From positions 62,001-126,000 of the forward strand of contig NIVC01002876.1 in assembly GCA_002269645.1 (NCBI GenBank): a stretch of 64,000 bases of DNA, in the 5' to 3' direction. Positions 11,635 to 23,031 of the stretch are shown here, piece by piece. This DNA is from Macrostomum lignano. Lineage: Eukaryota. The position numbers and the translations under genes were made by a program. The notes under the pieces were generated by a model. That model did not search any database, was not told the origin of the DNA, and was given only the letters and a program-made list of their open reading frames with translations. Numbering within the stretch: position 1 is the stretch's first letter; the number at the start of each line of letters is the position of its first letter.

Positions 11635-14600
11635 TCATAGCAGCCGCATCAAGCTGCTAGGCGTGCCGGAGGCGGCGGCGGCGTTGCCCCCGTGTCCGGC
11701 GCCGCTAGTCGCTTTGCTGCCGGTGCCGCTGGAACGCATCCGGCCTCGACTGCCAGCGGCTGCGGCAGCGGCGGCTGCAGCCTCCGCCTCCTGCTGCTGC
11801 CGCTTCCTATTGAGCAAGTAGGCCTGATAAGCGCCAGGCGGCAGCGTCGCCGAGGCGTCCGTCCGTTTAGCGGCCGATTCGCGCACCTTGTCCTGAAAGG
11901 TCGGGATCTTCTGGCGCGGCCTAGGGATCAACTGCAGCGAGCCCGGCTTGCAATGGCTCGGCACGCCGACCTCAGGCAGCGTATCGGCCGAAGCTGCCGT
12001 CTCCGCCGCCGGGGCCTCGTCGTCATCGTCTGCATCGGCGATCTCGTCCAGTGGCACATCCTCCTCAGTGTGGTGCGTCACCGCCGTGTCCGGTCGACTG
12101 GCCGATCGCCGCTCGGCCGCCGTAGTCGGCAACCCGGCCACCGCCTCGGCCAGCAAGTCGCGCAGCCGACGCAGCAGACGTTCGCCGTCGGCCTCGCCGA
12201 CAGGCATCTGCAGTGCCTGTTTGAGAATATCGGCTGCGGCGCTGACGCCGGCCCGGGCGGCCTCGTTCTCGGCTTCGGCTCTGCTGAGATCGTCCTCGGC
12301 GGCCCGTTTCAAGGACTCCTGCTCGTCCAGCTGTTGGGCCAGCGATTCGATCTCTTCGCGCTGCTCTTCTACCTATATAAATTTTAGATTATTGAGATTA
12401 GACACTGTACTCATTGTTGCACGCGTAATTGTTTTGTCTTCCTGTTAATTTATTGACTTTTTGCAGTGCTTTTTTGCGTGATCTCTACCCCACCACTCCC
12501 TTCATCTCTACCCCACCACTCCCTTCATCTCTACCCCACCACTCCCTTCATCTCTACCCCACCACTCCCTTCATCTCTACCCCACCACTCCCTTCATCTC
12601 TACCCCACCACTCCCTTCATCTCTACCCCACCACTCCCTTCATCTCTACCCCACCACTCCCTTCATCCCTACTACACTGCTGCCTTAATCTTTACACCAC
12701 CACTCCCTTCATCTCTACCCCACCACTCCCTTCATCCCTACTACACTGCTGCCTTAATCTCTACACCACCACTCCCTTCATCCCTACTACACTGCTGCCT
12801 TAATCTCTACACCACCACTCCCTTCATCTCTACCCCACCACTCCCTTCATCCCTACTACACTGCTGCCTTAATCTCGACACCACCACTCCCTTCATCTCT
12901 ACCCCACCACTCCCTTCATCCCTACTACACTGCTGCCTTAATCTCGACACCACCACTCCCTTCATCTCTACCCCACCACTCCCTTCATCCCTACTACACT
13001 ACTGCCTTCATCTCTACTCCATCATTCCCTTTATCTCTACTCCACCACTCCCTTCATCTCTACTCCACCATTCCCTTCATCTCTACTCCACCATTCCCTT
13101 CATCTCTAATCCACCATTCCCTTCATCTCTACTCCACCACTCCCTTCATCTCTACTCCATCATTCCCTTCGTCTCTACTCCACCACTCCCTGTATCTCTA
13201 CTCTACCACTCCCTTCATCTATCTGTCATACATCACTACCTGTGCATTCCTAATCAGAAGAATTCTCCCCCTCCGCACTTGAATTGCCCGGAAACAAGCA
13301 GCAACGAAGACTCAGAAAGACAAACAAGAAGCCCCGTAACCGCACCTGAACGCGCAGGTTTTCGCTCTCCCGTTCCATGGCTTCCATTTCGGCCTCGCGT
13401 CGCTTGAACTCGTCAACAAGCAGGTCGAGCTCCTTCCGTTTCTGGCGCAGCATCAGTATGATGCGCTGGTGGCAGGCAAACTTAGTGGCCGACTCTTTCT
13501 GGCCGCGCTCCAGCTCCGCTATGCGACGGCGCTGCTCGCGAAGGCGCTTACGAATCTCCGCGTTCTCCTCCATCAGCTCCACCTGATCACGGGTTGGTTG
13601 TATAATCTGTATTGTCTCTAACAAATCACAATAGGCTTAATTTAGGTTTAAAAATAGAAATTAATAGCAATACACATAGCACCTTCAACATTGCACATTC
13701 AACAAGCTCGCCAATGCTGTACGCAGGCACGCACTCATACACACGCTCACGCAGGGTGTACAACAGCTCTATCTATTCGTCAGACATGTACACTCTCTTG
13801 GGGGGCTGGCCCTCAAGGGCACGACAACCCATCGGCCAATTTTTGTGCACACGAGCCCCAAATGAACGCGTTTGCGCACGGAATCGAACCACGGGCTCGT
13901 GACGCGAGAGTCAGACCCGTTTACCTCTGAGCTGCTCCTCCCCCAATACATCAATCATTTGAAATTTAATTTAAAAAGTTGCATATTTCATAGAGCTGCT
14001 AGCCTATTACAGCTTCATTTTGCACTCGCTTACGGTGCTTGTCTAGAGACATACTCAGCCGTGAACTAATAATAATAACTGATTACACCTGCACTGACGG
14101 GCAGATTTGCAACTGGCAGCTCAGCCGCAGCTATTAATTGCGCAGCGCATCTGAAGGCTGCGTACCGATGTTCAGTCCAAGGATTGGGGGGTCGTCTCCA
14201 TACACAGTCTCAACTACCCCAGCTAATGCTGGCACCCATTTTACAGCTGGGTGAACTGACCCACTAACTTGCTCACCTGTTTCTCAGACATCTTGAACAT
14301 CTGCGATTGTATAGACACATTCTCTCGAATAGTTCGCTTAGTAGTTTCGGCCATTTGTTTGTTAGAAACTTTGCGAAAATCCGCCGCCACGTGGTTAACT
14401 CGGGTCACCATGTCCTTTTTAAGCCGGTCTCTGTCCAGCTGGCGGGGTTAAACAAACAATCGTAGAATAAAATCACAAATTTAAATGGAAAATTTGACAT
14501 AAAAAGTAACAAAAAAATCAGTGATAATTTCCTACCAGATTTTTAGCGTGAATCCTCTGCTTAGCAGCCTCGTGATCCTCCAGCATCTTGTTAAACTCCT

Positions 14601-15105
14601 CAGTGAGCGCATTGTACCTGGCTATGATGACTTCGCGATCCCGTTTAAACTCTTCTAACGAGGCTAATTTGGTTGCGGCCAAGTTGTTCTCGCTGGTCAG
14701 CTGGTCCTTCATCTCCTGGAACTCGGTGCGAAGCCGCTGCAACAGCTGCTCCCATTCTTCTTTTTTCTGCTCCTTGAGCTGGCGCTGACCGGTGAGTCGG
14801 TCCTGCAGCTCGGCAATTTCGTCGTCCCTCTGCTCCATGGTCTTCTTGAGAAAGGCGACCGAGTCTTGGCGAGTCTTGCTGCTGTCCTCGAATGCGCTGA
14901 GCAGCTGGCTGTTCACCTGCTCGAGCTGGCGGTGCTTCTCCTGGTAGCGAGCGAGCCGGCGCTCCCAGTCCTGGATGTGCTCAAGCAGCTGCTCAAGCGA
15001 CAACTCGTAGCTATAATCTGGCCCCTCCTCTTCTTCTTGCTCCTCGGCTTCGTCTTCTCGCTTGCCTTTGCTAGCCTTCTTGCCAGCTTTCTTCTTTGGC
15101 GGCAT
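11635..15105 (-). CDS. CFAP157: Cilia- and flagella-associated protein 157; ~568 aa
   Basis: Exons 15105-14536, 14438-14277, 13582-13346 and 12372-11635, all phase 0. The protein starts MPPKKK and forms a long coiled coil. Exon 2 (LDRDRLKKDMVTRVNHVAADFRKVSNKQMAETTKRTIRENV, not in the ORF track) matches the conserved CFAP157 block. Confidence 0.88.
12480..13220. repeat. Intronic minisatellite, 23 bp (ATCTCTACCCCACCACTCCCTTC)
   Basis: Tandem array in CFAP157 intron 12373-13345. Confidence 0.95.
13700..13935 (-). mobile_element. tRNA-derived SINE (family B), copy 1
   Basis: The minus strand reads AGCTCAGAGG (A box) ... GGTTCGATTCC (B box). Body motifs (ATTTGGGGCT; TTGAGG.CCA.CCCCC; GTGTACATG; CCTG.GTGAG.GTGTG) are shared with 39811-40090. 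Confidence 0.6.
14070..14260 (-). mobile_element. SINE family A, 5'-truncated copy
   Basis: Matches the 71-165 and 41283-41390 bodies, plus the tail seen at 40960-41042. It stops ~16 nt from the CFAP157 exon 2 donor. Confidence 0.8.
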
Positions 15106-15224
15106 CTTTTCTTTTCAAAGGCTGATTGACGTGCAGATAGTTGATTAATATTTGGTGGCTGACGAGCATGCAACAGGAGGTTAAGTGCTTTATGTTAATA
15201 CGAGGGTGTCCATTCAGCGTGTGT

Positions 15225-15860
15225 CTCTTAGTATCTATCTATGTGTCCTAGCATCCGTCTATGTGTCCGTTTTAGTGTCTCTTAGTATCCATCCATGTGT
15301 CCTAGCATCCGTCTATGTGTCCGTTTTAGCGTGTCTTAGTATCCATCCATGTGTCCTAGCATCCGTCTATGCGTCCGTTTTAGTGTGTCTTAGTATCTAT
15401 CCATCCATGTGTCCTAGCATCCGTCTATGTGTCCGTTTTAGTGTCTCTTAGTATCCATCCATGTGTCCTAGCATCCGTCTATGTGTCCGTTTTAGCGTGT
15501 CTTAGTATCCATCCATGTGTCCTAGCATCCGTCTATGCGTCCGTTTTAGTGTGTCTTAGTATCTATCCATCCATGTGTCCTAGCATCCGTCTATGCGTCC
15601 GTTTTAGTGTGTCTTAGTATCCATCCATGTGTCCTAGCATCCGTCTGTGTGTTTCAGTGTGTCTTAGTATCCATCCATGTGTCCTAGCATCCGTCTATGC
15701 GTCCGTTTTAGTGTGTCTTAGTATCTATCCATCCATGTGTCCTAGCATCCGTCTATGCGTCCGTTTTAGTGTGTCTTAGTATCCATCCATGTGTCCTAGC
15801 ATCCGTCTGTGTGTTTCAGTGTGTCTTAGTATCCATCTGTGTCCTAGCATCCGTCTATAC
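15225..15860. repeat. Minisatellite, 54/58 bp
   Basis: CCTAGCATCCGTCTATG recurs at 15247, 15301, 15355, 15413 and onward, just upstream of CFAP157. Confidence 0.93.
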
Positions 15861-16007
15861 ACCGTTTGAAATAAAGCAGAAAGAAGACAACCGCAGAAGC
15901 AGAAGCCCAGCTGCAAGCCAACTACGCATCAGCTCTCATCTCATATCAAGCCGACGTTTGGGGGTGTTTCAAAAGTAACGAGAATTTTGTTATAATCCAT
16001 AAAAATA

Positions 16008-16212
16008 AAGACTTTCTGTGACAATATTTGCGTTCTCCGAGATTTTATTTGGTAATATTCAATAATATCCCGTAAAGTCTTTATGTCTATGGTTTATACG
16101 AGATTACACATGCCTTTTTCGGGAGTTATTTTCATAAATCCCTCGGGCCTCAGGCCCTCGTGATTTATACAAATAACTCCCTCAAAAGGCATGTTTAATC
16201 TGATACATAACT
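16008..16212. repeat. Palindromic MITE-like element (long hairpin centred on GGGCCTCAGGCCC)
   Basis: Paired arms GATTACACATGCCTTTT/AAAAGGCATGTTTAATC, GGGAGTTATTT/AAATAACTCCC and ATAAATC/GATTTAT. An adjacent imperfect inverted repeat spans 16008-16082. Confidence 0.6.
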
Positions 16213-17820
16213 TTTGATGGGATGTACGTATGAACCTGAAATTTTCACCCAACAATATGAACAACTAAAAGCTTTATATTTTAAGCCTTATATAGCTGCA
16301 AGCAACTGTGTAACCGTAAATGAAAATCCATGCCTCGAGATTGAAGATTACGATTTTTGTCTATGGCAAAAAGACTCAAAAAGTTTAAAATTTGAAGGCG
16401 TTTAAACTTCAAATTGTTTGAAGTTTAAACAATTTGAATTTAAACAATTAATGGTTGTTTAAACAATTTAAACAACCATAGACAATTGCAAAAAAGCAAT
16501 TGTCTATGGTTGCTGAGTCTATGGAGCAAACACACATGGGAAGGAATCGGTTTGCGCGCAGTGTTCAGCCTGGCTAACATTAGTCTATGGCCAAAACTTG
16601 TGTTGAAATCAACAGGCTCTTATGGATTCTTGTGCAGTCAACTTTCATGGGAGAGTCAATTGCTTGTTTGTCTTTTTCTCACTTTTTTTCTCTAACCTTT
16701 ATGTACATAACACTGGCCTGTTCACACGCGCTCCTTCGAATAAACTTTTTCTTGACCACATCATGGAGCTGAGATCCGCAGCTTTCATTTGAATCAAGTT
16801 ACAATTGAAACGGACTGAAATTATGTCCGCTAGAAGACATAGTAGCAAGGGTTCCGGAACTTTTGACGGACAGTAGTTTCAGTGCATTATTGCAGTGTGT
16901 GAATTCTCATAAACGGTGATCACATCAGCTGCAAGCTGGAACCCGCACTCATCGGGGTCAGGCAATAATTCATTGGGTAAACAATAGCGCTAAACTCTGT
17001 GCATGCAATCCCAAATACAGGAAAAGAGCCCGGCGTGGGCTACAGCATGTACATGTATACGCTTCACTGCCAATCCAGTTTTTTTCGGATAGAGAGAAGA
17101 TGGGAAAGAGACTTTTGGTTGAGGCTTAATCGCTAGGCAAATATGCATACCTAATGTGTACCCACATCAGTACGGGCTTAATTACCTAAATGTATGTACA
17201 CTCAGTGTCGCTAACAGGAGGCAGTAATGCCGGATACAGAATACGAAACAATTCTGCATCAAACAGGTGCTTGCATATTAATGGCAGTATCTACTAAATT
17301 GGGAAATAATTTTATACCTATATGTGCGAGGATAGATCAAATTGGATGAAACCTAATGTTGTTGCTAAGGGAAAATCTTGATAATAATTGTGGTAGCTAG
17401 CGTGCAAGTGCACTACAAGAAATGCATATACGAGTATACGCCAGGTCGCGTACAGCAGAAGCTCAAACCTATACGTAGGCAGTATTAAAATTGAAACACA
17501 GCAGCAGATAGGTATGAGAGGCTGAATGCAGCAACTGTAAACTAGCCAATGAACAACTGCCTGTATAGCCTCTAATTGCATCTCACTGGCTGCCAAGCGC
17601 AGGGGAAGCTGCAGAAGAAACAAAGAGAGGAATGATAGCAGCATATAAGATATTTCTGCCAAGCTGTCCAACAGAGCGCCTGAAAACGCAGCAAGCGAAC
17701 AGGACTAGTTCGTCAAACACTTCTTATTAACAATAGGAGCATTTGAAGCGGCTATAGCGAGTAGATTTCTAAGGCGAGACTTAACTGTAACTAAAGAGCG
17801 CACAAGCCCCCAACGCAGCC

Positions 17821-20322
17821 ATGGCTGACAGTGACGCGCGTAAGTGGCTGCTCTGCTTCTTTTGCGTACCCATTTCTGTCATAGTTTTCTTCTTTCAGTT
17901 CTTTTCAGTTCGTTCATTTCTAACTAATTTCTTTTGCTGCTAGTGATGATTGTGATGATACTTTTTTACATTAACGAACTTCAACGAACCACGGTCAACT
18001 TGTCATAGAGTTACGAAACAACACCTCCTATTCAACACAGAACTGAAGGCAGTATTCTCTTATTTTGATCGGGACGGCACTGGCAAGCTGGATGTTAACG
18101 AGATTCAAGAGGTGCTTAACGCACTCGGACAGTGCATGACGCCAGACGAAATCAAGGAAATTATGCAGAAGGAGGACATTAATTGTAAGCTGAATTTATC
18201 AACTAATCTAGCACGATTTTGTCTGCCTTATAAACAATAAATTAAAAACCCACAGCTGACGGAGCAATGGACATCAAGGAGTTCATTTCGTTCTTCAAAA
18301 AATATGGCAAAGAAGCTAATAAAATAAGTCGGGAGATTCGCGACGCCTTCAAGGTAACGCTTTTATTCTTCTGTCAAATTGCTTAATAAAACGTGCCCAT
18401 TGGCACGTTGGCAGCAAGTTTCAAAATAATCGAATTTTAAGGACGTCAAGATACGAGTATCAGCGATTCTTTCCGAAAATTTGGACTTTCAAATACGCGA
18501 TCTTTTTAATTTTTCGAGTTTAAAAAATTTAAACCAACGGTTTCCCGATCGTGCAAGTTGTCAATCATAGTACGCTCGTTTTTTTCTCTTTATCATTAGA
18601 TTAACCGCCCTTCGTAACTTTTATGAAAAAAGCTTGATATTTTGTCTTGAAGACATTGGACAAAGTGCTTTGAATTCCGTATGCCTTGAAATATGCTAGT
18701 ACTTTATACAGCCGTTCTATTGATAGTCTTAATTCTATTAATCCACGTCTCACTACAGAAATTCGACAAGCAAGGTCGCGGCTACCTGACCCAGGCCGAC
18801 TTGGAGAAGATTCTGACCCAGACTGGCGCATTTCCATTCAGCAAGGAGGAGGCCGAGATGTGCTTTAAAGCATTCGACACCAACAAGGACGGCAAGATGG
18901 ACTACGAAGGTAATAAATAATACGGATCGAACTTATGTTGTCAAACTAGGAAGGGTCTTCAGATAGTTTAAGATATTTCAAGTCCTTAGTATAACAAGAG
19001 TTATACCCCTCTAGTGGTGTCCCTCCGGTGTTAAACCCCTCTAGTGGTATGTCCCTCCAGCATTATACCCATCTAGTGGTATGTCCCTCCAGCATTATAC
19101 CCATCTAGTGGTATGTCCCTCCAGCATTATACCCATCTAGTGGTATGTCCCTCCAGCATTATACCCATCTAGTGGTATGTCCCTCCAGCATTATACCCAT
19201 CTAGTGGTATGTCCCTCCAGCATTATACCCATCTAGTGGTATGTCCCTCCAGCATTATACCCATCTAGTGGTATGTCCCTCCAGCATTATACCCATCTAG
19301 TGGTATGTCCCTCCAGCATTATACCCATCTAGTGGTATGTCCCTCCAGCATTATACCCATCTAGTGGTATGTCCCTCCAGCATTATACCCATCTAGTGGT
19401 ATGTCCCTCCAGCATTATACCCATCTAGTGGTATGTCCCTCCAGCATTATACCCATCTAGTGGTATGTCCCTCCAGCATTATACCCATCTAGTGGTATGT
19501 CCCTCCAGCATTATACCCATCTAGTGGTATGTCCCTCCAGCATTATACCCATCTAGTGGTATGTCCCTCCAGCATTATACCCATCTAGTGGTATGTCCCT
19601 CCAGCATTATACCCATCTAGTGGTGTGTACCTCCAGCATTATACCCATCTAGTGGTGTGTACCTCCGGTGTTATACCCCTCTAGTGGTGTGTCCCTCCGG
19701 TGTTATACCCCTCCAGTGTTATGCCCCTCCAGCATTATACCCCTCTAGTGGTATGTCCCTCCGGTGTTAAACCCCTCTAGTGGTATGTACCTCCGCTGTT
19801 ATATCCCTCTAGTGGTATGTCCCTCTGGTGTTATACCCATCTAGTGGTATGTCCCTCCGGTGTTATACCCCTCTAGTGGTATGTACCTCCGGTGTTATAC
19901 CCCTCTAGTGGTATGTCCCTCTGGTGTTACACCCCTCTAGTGGTATGTCCCTCCGGTGTTATACCCCTCTAGTGGTATGTACCTCCGGTGTTAAACCCCT
20001 CTAGTGGTATGTCCCTCTGGTGTTATACCCTCTAGTGGTATGTCCCTCCGGTGTTATACCCCTCTAGTGGTATGTCCCTCCGGTGTTATACCCCTCTAGT
20101 GGTATGTACCTCCAGTGTTATGCCCCTCCAGTGTTATACTCATTCAGTGTTATACCCCAGCAGTGATATATCCTCCAGTTTTTCAGTGAGTAATGCTTTT
20201 TTAAAGAAATTCTAATAATTCTTTATACCCACAACCCAAACTATATTGTTGCAGAGTTTGCCAACTTCCTGTGTGCCATCTGCCCGAGCTTTGACGATCT
20301 GGAGAAGCTGAACAATAAGTGA
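17821..20322 (+). CDS. Calmodulin-like EF-hand protein, 159 aa
   Basis: Exons 17821-17839, 18041-18184, 18256-18353, 18759-18909 and 20255-20322 total 480 nt in frame. EF loops are DRDGTGKLDVNE, DINSDGAMDIKE, DKQGRGYLTQAD (non-canonical) and DTNKDGKMDYEE. Confidence 0.9.
19005..20165. repeat. Intronic minisatellite, 32 bp (ATGTCCCTCCAGCATTATACCCATCTAGTGGT)
   Basis: Homogeneous core with divergent flanks, in the last intron of the EF-hand gene. Confidence 0.96.
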
Positions 20323-20796
20323 AAAAGCGTGAATTCAATGACAGTAGAAATGAACCTATCAGTAACAGCCACGCCAGTTCAAAACTATTTTGACCTATAC
20401 CATGCTAATCCAACACGTTTGCCTAAAAAAAGACCCTACCTAAACATTGGCTAATTTGCTTCTGTTAAAACATTTAAAATAAATAGATAAACAACAAAAG
20501 TAATAAAAACACATTGTGACTACTGTTAGTAGTGCAAAATTCAAGATTTACTTTCTTTCAATTAACCACGCAAAAGGAAGAGCAACACTACAGGCAACAA
20601 TGGGTTTGGTTACTTCACATGGCAATGACTAATAAACGTCAGGCTGCTATAAAAACTACTCAGCACCAAGTTAGTACTGTTTAGTAGATAGAAGAGTTAA
20701 TATAAAGCAATAAAATTCTAACAACCGGATTTAACAGATTTGCGACTGCAGATAAATTTGAAACAGGTCATGATTAGCAAGAAAAAATGCGTTATT

Positions 20797-21033
<237 letters not shown>

Positions 21034-21114
21034 AGATATTCATAAGGCAGTTTGAAACTGCAAACCACGCACTCGGAAGATATTGAAGGTTACCAGTTGT
21101 CGAAAGTTCGAAAA

Positions 21115-21155
21115 AAACCGATATTTCGGCCCAGACTGGGCCTTCGTCAGGGTTT
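21115..21155 (-). ncRNA. Minimal type I hammerhead ribozyme, copy 1
   Basis: Minus strand: AAACC-CUGACGA-A-GGCCC(AGUCU)GGGCC-GAAAUAUC/GGUUU. Stem I is AAACC:GGUUU, stem II is GGCCC:GGGCC, stem III is the palindrome AUAU. Predicted cleavage follows the C at 21120. Confidence 0.88.
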
Positions 21156-22990
21156 ATTTATTCGGGTTTAAAAACAAATATATTGGCAGTGAAGTTATTG
21201 TAACATAATTTCAATATATATATATGCTACTTTTGGGGGTGCACTGAGCAGTGTTGAGTAAAGATGTGTACGTATAATTAGTTAAAAACGTGAGTTGAAG
21301 CACGCTGATTGGTTAAAGATTGGCAGCTTAAAGCCTTGCACAAAAAATATTAAAGATGTTAGGTGCTATAGAAAAACAGATTTAGAGCGTAGAAGTGTAT
21401 GAATAAGCATCTTGAAAAGTTCAACAAATAAGTTATTTACGCCCGTAGAATTGAGAACAAATATTAAATTAAAACAGAGCACTGAGAACTTTTCAAAAAG
21501 AAGTGCAAGTAAATAGATGTTATTACATAAACAGTAAATAAATTGAGTCGCCAGGCAGGCCACTAGTTGCAGTTGGCGGCGTCTGGTCACAGATCGCCGC
21601 CTGCACAGCCCCTGGTCACAGGCGACTGGGCACTGCAGATCAGTTGAGGCTAGATTATCAGTAGTAGTAGCACTAGTAGTTGCAGTAGTAGCTCGTAGTA
21701 GTAGTAATGGAAGTAGTAGTAGTACAAGTATTAGTAGAGTAGTAGTAGAGCAGTCGTAGGCGTAGTCGTAGTAGAGACGTACTGGTAAGCAGTTATTTGA
21801 AGTAGCCAGGCAGGCCACTAGTCGCAGTTGGCGGCGTCTGGTCACAGATCGCCGCCTGCACAGCCCCTGGTCACAGGCGACTGGGCACTGCAGATCAGTT
21901 GAGGCTAGATTATCAGTAGTAGTAGCACTAGTAGTTGCAGTAGTAGCTCGTAGTAGTAGTAATGGAAGTAGTAGTAGTACAAGTATTAGTAGAGTAGTAG
22001 TAGAGCAGTCGTAGGCGTAGTCGTAGTAGAGACGTACTGGTAAGCAGTTATTTGAAGTAGCCAGGCAGGCCACTAGTCGCAGTTGGCGGCGTCTGGTCAC
22101 AGATCGCCGCCTGCACAGCCCCTGGTCACAGGCGACTGGGCACTGCAGATCAGTTGAGGCTAGATTATCAGTAGTAGTAGCACTAGTAGTTGCAGTAGTA
22201 GCTCGTAGTAGTAGTAATGGAAGTAGTAGTAGTACAAGTATTAGTAGAGTAGTAGTAGAGCAGTCGTAGGCGTAGTCGTAGTAGAGACGTACTGGTAAGC
22301 AGTTATTTGAAGTAGCCAGGCAGGCCACTAGTCGCAGTTGGCGGCGTCTGGTCACAGATCGCCGCCTGCACAGCCCCTGGTCACAGGCGACTGGGCACTG
22401 CAGATCAGTTGAGGCTAGATTATCAGTAGTAGTAGCACTAGTAGTTGCAGTAGTAGCTCGTAGTAGTAGTAATGGAAGTAGTAGTAGTACAAGTATTAGT
22501 AGAGTAGTAGTAGAGCAGTCGTAGGCGTAGTCGTAGTAGAGACGTACTGGTAAGCAGTTATTTGAAGTAGCCAGGCAGGCCACTAGTCGCAGTTGGCGGC
22601 GTCTGGTCACAGATCGCCGCCTGCACAGCCCCTGGTCACAGGCGACTGGGCACTGCGGATCAGTTGAAGCTAGATTTTCAGTAGTAGTAGCACTAGTAGT
22701 TGCAGTAGTAGTAGTAGTGGTAGTAGAGTAGTAGTAGTACAGTCGTAGTCGTAGCCGTAGTCGTAGTAGTGTCGTGCGTCTTAAATATTCAGCTGCAGAA
22801 ATAGTACTCTTGCTTATCCCAAGTAGATTTTTGGCGGAGAATAGCTCGTATACGAAGATATTTTGTTGACAAACATGGCGAGCCTCAATAATAGTCCGGT
22901 CCTGGGTACAGATATTCATAAGGCAGTTTGAAACTGCAAACCACGCACTCGGAAGATATTGAAGGTTACCAGTTGTCGAATGTTCGAAAA

Positions 22991-23031
22991 AAACCGATAT
23001 TTCGGCCCAGACTGGGCCTTCGTCAGGGTTT
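22991..23031 (-). ncRNA. Minimal type I hammerhead ribozyme, copy 2
   Basis: Identical motif; predicted cleavage between 22996 and 22995. Confidence 0.88.

Noticed and set aside
11692-12448. Plus-strand ORFs overlapping CFAP157, and similar antisense ORFs over MORN3, CDC40, GRTP1 and the transposase
   Set aside because: They are shadow frames of GC-rich exons with no recognisable motifs.
13770-13790. Other CTGA(N)GA cores (13777 minus, 28875, 35189)
   Set aside because: None has a downstream stem II-GAAA or a stem I partner, so they are not hammerheads.
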